From Candidatus Fermentibacteraceae bacterium (GTDB lineage: Bacteria; Fermentibacterota; Fermentibacteria; Fermentibacterales; JCC-6), in contig JBGSZS010000011.1 of assembly GCA_041750285.1 (NCBI GenBank), positions 64,001 to 128,000 of the forward strand: DNA of 64,000 bases, read 5' to 3'. The notes below the pieces were generated by a model. That model saw only the letters and a list, made by a program, of their open reading frames with translations. It was not told the origin of the DNA and made no database searches. Positions within the stretch are counted from its first letter, which is position 1; every line of letters starts with the position of its first letter. Below are positions 9,504 to 18,881 of the stretch, piece after piece. The position numbers were made by a program, and so were the translations under genes.

Positions 9504-9985
9504 TCAGACCAGGAGAGCAAATCGAGCGTTTCGTGCTGAAAACCCATCTGGGAGAGGAATTCGACTCCGAGGCTCACGGTGACAAATGCCTTCTGCTTTC
9601 ATTTCACCCCCTCGCCTGGACATCCGTGTGCGCCGCTCAGATGAAGGGCCTTGAAGACAGCATGTCGTTCTTCGAGTCGCGCGGCGTGCTGCCCGTGGGC
9701 ATAAGCGTGGATGCCCACACCGCAAAGAAGCCATGGGCCGAGCACCTGGGTCTTCAGAATCTCATTCTTCTGTCAGATTTCTGGCCGCATGGCGGCCTTG
9801 CGGAGAGACTCGGTCTCTTCATCCCGGAGAAGGGCATCAGCGGAAGGGCAAACGTGCTGGTGAGCTGCGGTCCCGGGGCAAAGGTGCTCTGGGCCAGGCA
9901 GTACGACATTCCCCAGCTTCCCGACATCGAAGAGGTCAGGGCGGCAGTTGACACCTGCTGCGGAGGGTGTTGTTCTTGCCGGTGA
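9500..9985 (+). CDS. Peroxiredoxin, AhpC/TSA family (AhpE-like)
   Basis: FHPLAWTSVC peroxidatic motif, GISVD, LLSDFWPHG, conserved Arg. Confidence 0.9.
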   Translation: MIRPGEQIERFVLKTHLGEEFDSEAHGDKCLLLSFHPLAWTSVCAAQMKGLEDSMSFFESRGVLPVGISVDAHTAKKPWAEHLGLQNLILLSDFWPHGGLAERLGLFIPEKGISGRANVLVSCGPGAKVLWARQYDIPQLPDIEEVRAAVDTCCGGCCSCR

Positions 9986-10647
9986 CCTTTTTCGGATCGG
10001 TGATCTTCGATCTTGACGGAACACTTCTCGACAGCATGCCCGACATCATGAGGGTGGGCAATGAACTCATGCGCAGGAACGGACTCGCCCCGCGCTCACG
10101 GGATGACTTCAGGGCTGCCGTGGGCATGGGCCTCGAGGAACTTTACCGTCGCATCCTCGGCCCGGACGCGCCAGCCCGCCTTGTCGAGCGGATGGCGTCC
10201 GAGGCCGGGGAGGCCCACGAGAAAGTTGCAGAGAGCACCGCAGCGCCCTACCCGGGCATTCCCGGGCTTCTTCTGCAGCTTGCTGAATGCGGAGTTCGAA
10301 TGGGCGTGCTTTCGAACAAGCCCCATGGGGCGGTTACCGGAAGTCTCGAACGCTTCTTCCCCGGGACGCGGTTCGAGGCGGTGAGGGGTGCGCTTCCCGG
10401 CAGACCGGTCAAGCCGGGAAGGGAGACCGTCCTTGCCATGCTGGCTGGGATGGGCGTCAAGCCCGGTGATACAGCAATGGTGGGCGACGGCGAACCCGAC
10501 ATGCGGGTGGCAGTGGCCGCCCGTATGATTCCCGTAGGTTGCACATGGGGATTCACGCCTGCCTTCAGGCTGAAGGAGCTTGGAGCAAGGTATCTCGCGG
10601 ATGATCCGGAAGAGCTCGGGAGGATAATCAGGACGGGGAAGAAATGA
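9982..10647 (+). CDS. HAD-family hydrolase (phosphoglycolate phosphatase-like)
   Basis: IFDLDGTLLDS, LSNK, KP, MVGD. Start uncertain within 9967-9982; the GTG at 9982 overlaps the Prx stop. Confidence 0.9.
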   Translation: MTFFGSVIFDLDGTLLDSMPDIMRVGNELMRRNGLAPRSRDDFRAAVGMGLEELYRRILGPDAPARLVERMASEAGEAHEKVAESTAAPYPGIPGLLLQLAECGVRMGVLSNKPHGAVTGSLERFFPGTRFEAVRGALPGRPVKPGRETVLAMLAGMGVKPGDTAMVGDGEPDMRVAVAARMIPVGCTWGFTPAFRLKELGARYLADDPEELGRIIRTGKK

Positions 10648-11551
10648 CCCTGAGGATCGGCCCCGTATCGAACTCAAGTCTTTCGGGTACCTTCTGAAAG
10701 GTCTGGAACTCGCCGTCGAGTTCAAGAAGAACATCCCCATCGGGAATCACGGAGAAAGTGGCCGCCCTTGCACCGATGGCCTGTTTCATGTCCATAAGGC
10801 TCCCGTTGAAGATCCTTCCGATGTTTGCGGCTATCGTTGCGAACCGCACCGGGGCTATCCGTACCGCGTCAAGCAGCCCGTCGTCGATCACCGCTCCCGG
10901 GGAGAGGCTCATGCCGCCTCCGCTGAACCTTCCCACACCAATCGTCAGGGAGAAGTAGCGACCGGAGTGAAAGGCCTTTCCGTCGGCGAGTACAGTTGCG
11001 CTGAACCCGGGGGGATGCAGTGCGGCAACGAAAAGTGAAACAAGGTAGCCACTTTTCTTGAGGGGCAGCAGCTTTCTCAGTGCAAGGGTCCTTTTCAGCA
11101 CGAAAGCATCGAAACCGAGCCCCGCTGAGTTCATGAACGGTTTTCGAACGCCGTCAACCGTGCATACGCCGGTATCTACGGCCCTGATGAAACCCTGCTT
11201 CAGCAGCCTGACGGCTTCGGCCCTGTCCTGCGGGATGCCAAGGCTTCTTATCCAGTCGTTCCCGCTGCCGGCTGGTATATGGCAGAGAACCGGAGGTGTC
11301 TCGATGGATGAGAGGACGGATCCAACAGATGAGAGTGTTCCGTCGCCGCCGAAAACTGCAACACCGCCAAAGCCTTCAGCAATAGCCTGCTGTGAAAGGG
11401 CAGAAGTGGTGGAGGGGTGACTCGTGAAGGCATGCGAAAAATCGAGTCCCGCAGTTTCAAGCAGGTGCTGAGTTTCGGGCCAGGCCCCCGCTGCAGCACC
11501 GCCTGAAGCCGCGGGGTTCACAATGATGAACCATCTCCCGTGGTATTCCAT
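10628..11551 (-). CDS. Diacylglycerol kinase family lipid kinase (YegS/DagK)
   Basis: IVNPAA, GGDGT, IPAGSGND, GLGFDA, DDGLLD, LDGE. Confidence 0.92.
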   Translation of the reverse strand: MEYHGRWFIIVNPAASGGAAAGAWPETQHLLETAGLDFSHAFTSHPSTTSALSQQAIAEGFGGVAVFGGDGTLSSVGSVLSSIETPPVLCHIPAGSGNDWIRSLGIPQDRAEAVRLLKQGFIRAVDTGVCTVDGVRKPFMNSAGLGFDAFVLKRTLALRKLLPLKKSGYLVSLFVAALHPPGFSATVLADGKAFHSGRYFSLTIGVGRFSGGGMSLSPGAVIDDGLLDAVRIAPVRFATIAANIGRIFNGSLMDMKQAIGARAATFSVIPDGDVLLELDGEFQTFQKVPERLEFDTGPILRVISSPS

Positions 11552-11579
11552 GCCGGGAATATGAACAGGAAACAACGGG

Positions 11580-11607
11580 TTGACGAAACCTTCCCAGTGT
11601 GTAGAAT
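11580..11607 (+). promoter_or_regulatory. Sigma70-like promoter of the rex-hydrogenase operon
   Basis: TTGACG (11580-11585), 16-nt spacer, TAGAAT (11602-11607). Confidence 0.7.
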
Positions 11608-11614
11608 ATGAGTG

Positions 11615-11632
11615 TTGTGAAATTGGTAACAG
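11615..11632. promoter_or_regulatory. Putative Rex operator 1
   Basis: TTGTGAAATTGGTAACAG compared with the Rex consensus TTGTGAA-N4-TTCACAA; directly downstream of the -10 box. Confidence 0.7.
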
Positions 11633-11654
11633 CGTTACGGAAAAAACAATGACT

Positions 11655-11672
11655 TTGTGATTGGTGGGACAA
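11655..11672. promoter_or_regulatory. Putative Rex operator 2
   Basis: TTGTGATTGGTGGGACAA, an 18-bp TTGT...ACAA site abutting the rex ATG. Confidence 0.55.
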
Positions 11673-12308
11673 ATGAGGCCTGCGATACCGGCAAACACTG
11701 TTGAAAGGCTCAGCCTGTACCGAAGACTTCTCGAGGCATGGCTGGAAAAGGGGACTGTAAGCCTTTACTCGCATCAGATAGCCTCGATGGCCTGCGTGAC
11801 ACCGGCACAGGTGAGGCGTGACCTGATGGCGATAGGTTACACGGGCAGCCCCAGCAGGGGTTACTCGGTCGATGCCCTTGAAGAGAGCATCGCTCTGTTC
11901 CTCGGCAGCGACCAGGTCAGGAAGATCGCGCTGGTTGGGATGGGAAACCTCGGAAGGGCGCTGACCACCTACTTCACATCACGCGTTCCACGCTTCAAGA
12001 TGGCCGCCGCCTTTGACACCGATTCAAGAAAGACCGGCCGGGTGATAGCCGGATGCATGGTTTACGGCATTGAGGAGATTCCCCGCATCATCCCCGCCGA
12101 AGGCATCCGAACAGCAGTCCTGGCCCTTCCGGTAGACAGCGCCCAGGAGATGGCAGACCGCCTCGTGAACGCCGGGATAAAGGGCATTCTCAATTACGCG
12201 CCGGTTCCTCTCAGGCTGCCGGCGGATGTATTCTTGGAAAACCGGGATGTGACCGCCTCCCTCGAGAAGGTGGCGTTCTTCTCCGGACAGCCCCGGGAAG
12301 GAAGCTGA
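11673..12308 (+). CDS. rex: Redox-sensing transcriptional repressor Rex
   Basis: IPxNTVERLSLY, QVRRDL, GYxGxxSRGY winged helix; VGMGNLGRAL Rossmann motif; GIKGILNYAP. Confidence 0.95.
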   Translation: MRPAIPANTVERLSLYRRLLEAWLEKGTVSLYSHQIASMACVTPAQVRRDLMAIGYTGSPSRGYSVDALEESIALFLGSDQVRKIALVGMGNLGRALTTYFTSRVPRFKMAAAFDTDSRKTGRVIAGCMVYGIEEIPRIIPAEGIRTAVLALPVDSAQEMADRLVNAGIKGILNYAPVPLRLPADVFLENRDVTASLEKVAFFSGQPREGS

Positions 12309-12311
12309 TCC

Positions 12312-12788
12312 ATGGGCGAGTGCAAAGTTGCCAGGGTGCTTGGAAAGTATCCTGGAGCAGGCAGGGACAAGCTGATCCCCATCCTCCAGGAGGTTCAGGA
12401 GGCGGAGGGATTCCTCCGAAGGGAAGCCGTGGTGATGATCGGTCGGCATCTGGGTGTTCCGACCAGCCAGATCTTCGGCGTTGCCACCTTTTACAACCAG
12501 TTCAGGTTTGAGCCGGTGGGAAGGTTCCACATCCAGATCTGCCGGGGAACCGCCTGTCACGTGAAGGGTTCGGCAAAGCTTCTGGATACGCTCAAACGCG
12601 AACTTGGCGTGGAGCCGGGAAGGACCACCAGGGATGGGCTGTTCAGCATCGAGGTGGTGGCCTGCATCGGCGCCTGCGGACTTGCCCCCGTGATCTCCAT
12701 AAATGGCGAGTTCCATGCCAGGGTGACTCCCGAGGAGATACCGGTTCTTCTGGAAGGCTGCCGCAAAAAATCACGGGAGGTGAGCTGA
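12312..12788 (+). CDS. hydC: [FeFe]-hydrogenase [2Fe-2S] subunit (HydC / NuoE-like)
   Basis: LIPILQEVQ, GVATFY, CRGTACHV, ACIGAC. Confidence 0.92.
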   Translation: MGECKVARVLGKYPGAGRDKLIPILQEVQEAEGFLRREAVVMIGRHLGVPTSQIFGVATFYNQFRFEPVGRFHIQICRGTACHVKGSAKLLDTLKRELGVEPGRTTRDGLFSIEVVACIGACGLAPVISINGEFHARVTPEEIPVLLEGCRKKSREVS

Positions 12789-14779
12789 TGCCCGTGATAC
12801 TGGACAACTGCTGCGGTCTGTGCACCCATTCCCCAGCCTCTCCCTGCCCGCAGGCCGTGGAATGCCTCAGCGACGGGCCGCTCTGCCACAGTGATGAATC
12901 CTGCGCGCTAAAAAGGGAGTCGTGGAAGACCGCTGTGAGCCACAGTGGAAAAAAGACCCCGGTCATCTTCGTTGGAGCCGGTACCTGCGGCCTCGGTGCG
13001 GGGGCGGCGGCTACGATGGTTGCGATCCGTGAGTTTCTCGAAGCCCGCTCGCTGGAATGCATAATGGTGGAGGTCGGCTGCATAGGCCTTTGTGCAGTGG
13101 AGCCGATAGTCGACATCGAGCTGCCGGGCAGACCAAGGGTCTCCTTCATGGAAGTCACGCATGACCGGGTTGGCGTTCTTCTCGATTCCATGCTTGTGAG
13201 GGGTGAGGTGCCTTCCAAAATGGCGCTCTGTCAGTTCCCGGGAAGCGGTGAGCCGTGGAGCGGGGTCCCCCTCTTCAACGAACATCCCTTCTTTGCCCCA
13301 CAGACGAGATGGGTCCTCGAGAACTGCGGCATAATGGACCCGGTGAGCCTTGATGAATACATGGCGGAAGGCGGATACCGCGCCTTCTCGACGGCCCTCA
13401 GGACACTCACGCCCGACCAGGTCTGTTCCATCGTCGAAGGGAGCGGCCTCAGGGGAAGGGGCGGCGGCGGCTTCCCCACGGGAAGGAAATGGCGGTTCGC
13501 CCTGAACACCCCCTCGGGATCCAAGTATGTGATCTGCAATGCGGATGAGGGTGATCCCGGGGCATTCATGGACAGGGCGGTCATCGAGGGTGACCCCCAC
13601 AGGCTGATCGAAGGGATAGCCATTGCCTCGTATGCTGTGGGAGCCAACAACGCCTACATCTACATAAGGGCCGAGTACCCCCTGGCGATCCGGAGGCTGA
13701 AGGTTGCCCTGGAGCAGGCGGAGAGGAATGGCCTGCTCGGAACCAACATCTTCGACAGCGGCTTCGATCTTCACATCATGATAAAAATGGGCGCAGGCGC
13801 TTTCGTATGCGGCGAGGAGACGGCCCTGATCCACAGCATCGAGGGCCAGAGGGGCATGCCTTCTCCAAAGCCGCCGTTCCCCGCGGTCAGCGGGCTCTTC
13901 GGCAAACCCACGGTGATCAACAATGTAGAGACGCTTGCCAACGTTCCCGGGATCATCCGCCAGGGCGCGGAGTGGTTCCGATCCAAAGGCACTCCGAACA
14001 GCCCGGGAACAAAGGTGTTCGCCCTTTCAGGCAAGATCGCGAACACAGGGCTGATCGAGGTCGCCATGGGGATAAGCCTTGATGAGATCCTGTTCGGAAT
14101 GGGTGGCGGCATTCCCAACGGCAAGGCCTTCAAGGCGGTTCAGATCGGCGGCCCTTCAGGCGGTTGCATACCGGCAGGCCATACCGACCTCCTCATCGAC
14201 TACGAATCCCTGGGTGCATTCGGAGCCATGATGGGTTCAGGCGGACTCGTGGTTATGGATGAGGACACCTGCATGGTGGATGTGGCCAAGTTCTTCATGG
14301 ACTTCATACAAAGGGAAAGCTGCGGCAAGTGCATCCCCTGCCGCGAGGGCACCCGCCGGATGCTCGAGATACTCAGGGCCATAACCCGCGGTTACCGTGA
14401 CGAGACCCCTGAGCAGTCCCTTGAAAGGTTCAGGGGCATACTGAACCTGGAGAGGCTCGGGCAGGTCATCAGGAAGACCAGCCTCTGCGGCCTTGGCCAG
14501 ACCGCTCCCAACCCTGTGCTCAGCACGCTCAGGTGGTTCAGGGACGAGTACGAAGCGCACATCTTCGAGAGAAGGTGTCCCGCGGGGGTCTGCACGGGGC
14601 TGCTCACCTACTCCATTGACGAGGAGAAGTGCCGCGGATGCACCCTCTGTGCCAAAAAATGTCCCTCCGGCGCCATCAAGGGCGCAAGGAAGAGCCCCCA
14701 TTACATAGTGACCCAGGAATGCATCGGATGCGGCGCCTGCCTTGAGGTCTGCCCCTTCGGCGCCGTCAAGGTTCAGTGA
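12788..14779 (+). CDS. hydB: [FeFe]-hydrogenase diaphorase subunit (HydB / NuoF-like), bifurcating type
   Basis: N-terminal thioredoxin-like 2Fe-2S domain (GTCG...GCIGLC); GLRGRGGGGFP; CNADEGDPGAFMDR; GAFVCGEETAL; GGPSG; ESCGKCIPCREG; two C-terminal CxxCxxCxxxCP motifs. Confidence 0.95.
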   Translation: MPVILDNCCGLCTHSPASPCPQAVECLSDGPLCHSDESCALKRESWKTAVSHSGKKTPVIFVGAGTCGLGAGAAATMVAIREFLEARSLECIMVEVGCIGLCAVEPIVDIELPGRPRVSFMEVTHDRVGVLLDSMLVRGEVPSKMALCQFPGSGEPWSGVPLFNEHPFFAPQTRWVLENCGIMDPVSLDEYMAEGGYRAFSTALRTLTPDQVCSIVEGSGLRGRGGGGFPTGRKWRFALNTPSGSKYVICNADEGDPGAFMDRAVIEGDPHRLIEGIAIASYAVGANNAYIYIRAEYPLAIRRLKVALEQAERNGLLGTNIFDSGFDLHIMIKMGAGAFVCGEETALIHSIEGQRGMPSPKPPFPAVSGLFGKPTVINNVETLANVPGIIRQGAEWFRSKGTPNSPGTKVFALSGKIANTGLIEVAMGISLDEILFGMGGGIPNGKAFKAVQIGGPSGGCIPAGHTDLLIDYESLGAFGAMMGSGGLVVMDEDTCMVDVAKFFMDFIQRESCGKCIPCREGTRRMLEILRAITRGYRDETPEQSLERFRGILNLERLGQVIRKTSLCGLGQTAPNPVLSTLRWFRDEYEAHIFERRCPAGVCTGLLTYSIDEEKCRGCTLCAKKCPSGAIKGARKSPHYIVTQECIGCGACLEVCPFGAVKVQ

Positions 14780-14791
14780 GGAAGGTTGGCA

Positions 14792-16507
14792 ATGAAGATC
14801 ACACTGAACGGAAGAACAATGGAGGCAAGGGAAGGCGAGACCATCCTCTCCGCTGCGAGAAGGCTGGGACTCGACATTCCCACGCTCTGTCACATGGAGG
14901 GCCTTCCGCCAACCGGCACCTGCCGAGTGTGCGTGGTGGAGGACCGCAAGACCGGGAAGCTCATACCCTCCTGCTCCTTCCCCGTATCCGACGGGATGGA
15001 CATCGCAACCCATTCCAACCAGGCCGTTGCCGCCAGGAAGACGATAATCGAGCTCCTTCTCGCATCACACCCCGACGACTGCCTTTACTGCCCGGGGAAC
15101 GGAACCTGTGTTCTTCAGCGATACGCACAGGAGCTGGGGGTCAGGCAGAGGAGCTATTCGGGAGCCAGGAACAGGATCAATCTCGACGTGTCAAGCCCGT
15201 CCATAATCCGCGATCCGGAGAAGTGCATACTCTGCGGAAGGTGCGTGAGGGTCTGCTCCGAAGTTCAGGGAGTCTCGGCCATCGATTTCACCGGAAGGGG
15301 CAGCAGCGCACAGATCGGGTGCGCGTTCAACGAGGGGCTGAACGTTTCCAGCTGCGTGAACTGCGGACAGTGCGTGATGGTCTGCCCCACGGGCGCCCTC
15401 ACGGAGCGCAGGGATGTGGACAGGGTTCTCAAGGCTCTTGACGACCCTTCGATGACCGTGGTCGTTCAGCACGCGCCGGCCGTTTCCGTCACACTCGCAG
15501 AGGAGTTCGGGATCAAGCCCGGAAGCGAAATCGTCGACAGGATGAACGCAGCTTTCAGAAGGATGGGGTTCGACAGGGTTTTCCCGACAAGCTTCAGCGC
15601 CGACCTCACAGTGATGGAGGAAGCCCACGAGCTTGTTCAGAGGGTTCGCAGCGGAGGCCCTTTCCCCATGTTCACGAGCTGTTCTCCGGGCTGGATCAAG
15701 TACCTCGAGGAGTTCTTCCCACAGATGCTCGGCAACGCTTCCACATGCAAGAGCCCCCAGCAGATGATGGGTGCCGTCATAAAAAGGCTCTGGGCTCCCG
15801 CCTCAGGTCTCGACCCGAGGAAGGTCTTCAGTGTTTCCGTCATGCCCTGCACGGCAAAGAAGTTCGAAGCCGCCAGACCGGAGATGGGGGATGGGGCACC
15901 CGATGTTGACGCAGTCATAACCACCAGGGAACTGGCGGAGATGGTCCGGATGTTCGGAATAGACATTTCTTCGCTGGAAGGCGAGGAAGCCGACAGCCCC
16001 TTCGGTGAGAGAAGCTCGGCCGGCAAGCTTTTCGGCGCCTCGGGCGGCGTCATGGAAGCCGCAGCCAGAACCGCCTACCACATGCTCACGGGAGAAAACC
16101 TCAAGGAATTGAGGATCGAGGCGGTCAGGGGACTGGATGACGTTAAGGAAACAAGGCTGACCATTGCCGGGATCGAGCTGAAACTGGCGGTGGTGAGCGG
16201 ACTTGGCAATGCGGGACGACTGCTGCGTGACATCATCGATGGGAAGCGGGAGTACCACTTCGTTGAGGTCATGACATGCCCCGGTGGCTGCATCAACGGT
16301 GGTGGCCAGCCATTCCTCACCGATCCGGAGAGGGTCAGGGCAAGGATGCAGAGCCTGTACGAGATCGACAGGAACGCGACACTCAGGGTCGCCCACGAGA
16401 ACAGATCGATCGCCGCGCTCTACCGTGATCATCTTGACGAACCCGGCAGCGGAAAGGCCCATCACATCCTTCACACCACATATTCTCCCAGGGAGGTTCT
16501 CAGGTAG
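14792..16507 (+). CDS. hydA: [FeFe]-hydrogenase catalytic subunit HydA (group A3)
   Basis: 2Fe-2S, His-ligated 4Fe-4S and 2x4Fe-4S domains; H-cluster motifs FTSCSPGW, MPCTAKKFE, EVMTCPGGCINGGGQP. Confidence 0.96.
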   Translation: MKITLNGRTMEAREGETILSAARRLGLDIPTLCHMEGLPPTGTCRVCVVEDRKTGKLIPSCSFPVSDGMDIATHSNQAVAARKTIIELLLASHPDDCLYCPGNGTCVLQRYAQELGVRQRSYSGARNRINLDVSSPSIIRDPEKCILCGRCVRVCSEVQGVSAIDFTGRGSSAQIGCAFNEGLNVSSCVNCGQCVMVCPTGALTERRDVDRVLKALDDPSMTVVVQHAPAVSVTLAEEFGIKPGSEIVDRMNAAFRRMGFDRVFPTSFSADLTVMEEAHELVQRVRSGGPFPMFTSCSPGWIKYLEEFFPQMLGNASTCKSPQQMMGAVIKRLWAPASGLDPRKVFSVSVMPCTAKKFEAARPEMGDGAPDVDAVITTRELAEMVRMFGIDISSLEGEEADSPFGERSSAGKLFGASGGVMEAAARTAYHMLTGENLKELRIEAVRGLDDVKETRLTIAGIELKLAVVSGLGNAGRLLRDIIDGKREYHFVEVMTCPGGCINGGGQPFLTDPERVRARMQSLYEIDRNATLRVAHENRSIAALYRDHLDEPGSGKAHHILHTTYSPREVLR

Positions 16508-18526
16508 ATGGATTCAATACAGGAACCCCTGGTACAGACGGTTCCCGAGAAGTGCAGGGTCTGTTACACCTGCGTCCGGGAATGCCCCGCCAAGGCGATA
16601 AGGATTCAGGAGGGGCAGGCCGAGGTTGTCACCGAGAGGTGCATCGCCTGCGGCAATTGCGTCAAGGTCTGCACAAGGGGCGCCAAGAAGGCCAGGGTGA
16701 ACATCTCCGACGTGGAGACGCTCCTCGCTTCCGGCCGCAGGGTGGCTGCCATGATCGCGCCAAGTTTTCCAGCCGATTTTCCTGGCATCACACCCCGGAA
16801 GCTGGTGGGGATGCTCAACAAACTGGGCTTTCACCCGGTGACCGAGGTCGCATTCGGCGCAGACCTCGTTGCCCATGCCTACAGGGAGCTTCTGCGCAGC
16901 CATCCCGACAGGCGTTACATAGCCGTGAACTGTCCCGCTGTCGTGACCTATGTTGAGAAGTACATGCCGCAGCTGATCCCATTCCTCGCACCGATCGTTT
17001 CGCCGATGGTAGCCGAGGCCAGGGTGGTGAGGCGGTTCTACGGCGATGACACCGCAGTGGTCTTCATCGGTCCCTGCATCGCGAAGAAGGACGAAGCGCC
17101 TTCCGAGGTTGACCAGGTCCTGACGTTCATAGAACTGCAGGAACTCTTCAGGAAGGCCGGCATCAACCCGGACCAGGTCGAGGAGGCATCCTTCAATCCG
17201 CCGTCCCCCGGTCTCGGCATGGTCTTCCCCATAAGCGGGGGCATGCTTCAAGCCGCCGACATCAAGGAAGACCTGGTGTCGGGAGACATAGTTACCGCCG
17301 AGGGCAGGGCGGGATTCCTCGAGGCCCTGAAAGAGTTCGGCAACATGGACATGGACGCAAGGCTCCTGGAGCTGCTCTGCTGCGACGGCTGCATCATGGG
17401 CCCGGGGATGTCGACGAAGGAAGCCATCTTCAGGCGCCGCGCAAGGATCAGCCAGTACTCCAGGAACAAGCTCGAAGAGATAAACTTCAACCACTGGAAC
17501 GTGGCCATGGAGCGGGCGGGCGAGGTCGACCTCGAAAGGGGTTTCGCGGAAAAGGACACAAGGCTTTCGTCACCGGAAGAGGACGATGTTCATGAGATCC
17601 TCCACCGGATGGGCAAGTTCACGCCCGAAGACGAGCTCAACTGCGGTGCCTGCGGGTACGACACCTGCCGCGAGCACGCCATCGCCATACTCAAGGGGCT
17701 CGCCGAGAGCGAGATGTGCCTTCCCTATGCGATAGACCAGCTGAAGCTGACCGTTGACGAACTGGCTGGAACAAGGGTCGCCCTGAAGCACGCCGAGAAG
17801 ATGGCCGGCATGGGCCAGCTTGCCGCCGGCATAGCACATGAGGTGAACAATCCCCTTGGTGTGGTGCTGATGTACGCCCACACGCTTCTGGACGAAAGGT
17901 CGGCCCAAGACCCGGAACTGGCCGAAGACCTCAGGACGATCGCCGTGCACGCGGACCGGTGCAAGAAGATCGTGGCCGGCCTGCTCGATTTCGCAAGGCA
18001 GAACAAGGTCTCCCGCAGGGAAACCGATCTGCCCGCATTCGCTGTGAAAGTCGCGTCGGACCTGCCGAGGCCCGACGGTGTGGAGTTCATGACCGAAAAC
18101 AGGATGAGGGACCCGATGGTGAGCCTCGATGACGACCAGTTCGCCCAGGTCGTGATCAATCTCGTCCAGAACGCATACCAGGCAATGAGCGGCGGAGGCA
18201 GGCTGCTGCTGTCCTTCGATGACCGCGACAACAAGGTCAGCATGAAGGTCACCGATACCGGCACGGGGATCGAACCCGAGAACATGAAGAAGATCTTCGA
18301 GCCCTTTTTCACCACCAAGCCCAGGGGCAAGGGTACGGGGCTCGGGCTTGCGGTGACCTATGGAATAGTGAAAATGCACCGTGGAGGGATAACGGCCGTT
18401 TCCAACACCGACCCCGGGAAGGGTCCCACGGGCACCACATTCACAGTCACCCTCCCCCGGAGGGTCAATGAGGATGAAGGAAGGACCGACAATGAAGGAG
18501 CACCTGACAATTCTCCTGGTGGATGA
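16508..18526 (+). CDS. Sensory-type [FeFe]-hydrogenase domain fused to a histidine kinase (group C-like)
   Basis: 2x4Fe-4S; variant H-domain motifs AVNCP, GPCIAKKDE, ELLCCDGCIMGPG; FeS module LNCGACGYDTC...MC; HisKA AGIAHEVNNPL; HATPase N, G1, F, G2 boxes. Confidence 0.9.
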   Translation: MDSIQEPLVQTVPEKCRVCYTCVRECPAKAIRIQEGQAEVVTERCIACGNCVKVCTRGAKKARVNISDVETLLASGRRVAAMIAPSFPADFPGITPRKLVGMLNKLGFHPVTEVAFGADLVAHAYRELLRSHPDRRYIAVNCPAVVTYVEKYMPQLIPFLAPIVSPMVAEARVVRRFYGDDTAVVFIGPCIAKKDEAPSEVDQVLTFIELQELFRKAGINPDQVEEASFNPPSPGLGMVFPISGGMLQAADIKEDLVSGDIVTAEGRAGFLEALKEFGNMDMDARLLELLCCDGCIMGPGMSTKEAIFRRRARISQYSRNKLEEINFNHWNVAMERAGEVDLERGFAEKDTRLSSPEEDDVHEILHRMGKFTPEDELNCGACGYDTCREHAIAILKGLAESEMCLPYAIDQLKLTVDELAGTRVALKHAEKMAGMGQLAAGIAHEVNNPLGVVLMYAHTLLDERSAQDPELAEDLRTIAVHADRCKKIVAGLLDFARQNKVSRRETDLPAFAVKVASDLPRPDGVEFMTENRMRDPMVSLDDDQFAQVVINLVQNAYQAMSGGGRLLLSFDDRDNKVSMKVTDTGTGIEPENMKKIFEPFFTTKPRGKGTGLGLAVTYGIVKMHRGGITAVSNTDPGKGPTGTTFTVTLPRRVNEDEGRTDNEGAPDNSPGG

Positions 18527-18881
18527 CGACCAGGATTTCATAGAACAGATGCGTTACATGCTCGAGAGCGCCGGGCATATCGTTCACTCGGCTCCCGGAC
18601 GCGAGAAGGCCATGGAGGCCCTCGATGGCATGAAGCCCGACCTTGCCGTCATCGACCTGATGATGGACCGGAACGACGACGGTTTCGTGCTTGCATACAG
18701 GATGAAGAAGATGTATCCGGAGGTGCCGGTCATAATGGTGACCGCCGTTACGAGCGAAACCGGAATCGACTTCGGTTCCTCCGCAGATACCGGCGGCTGG
18801 ATGAGGGCCGACGCCCTTCTCCAGAAACCCGTGCGGTTCGAACAGCTCGATGCCACGATGCGGCGGCTTCTGAATGGCTGA
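18492..18881 (+). CDS. Single-domain response regulator (CheY-like)
   Basis: ILLVDDD, IDLMM phospho-Asp, VTA, QKP. Confidence 0.9.
   Translation: MKEHLTILLVDDDQDFIEQMRYMLESAGHIVHSAPGREKAMEALDGMKPDLAVIDLMMDRNDDGFVLAYRMKKMYPEVPVIMVTAVTSETGIDFGSSADTGGWMRADALLQKPVRFEQLDATMRRLLNG

Noticed and set aside
15671..15694. HydA motif TSCSPGW instead of TSCCP
   Set aside because: This is a common variant among multimeric group A3 enzymes and not evidence of inactivation.
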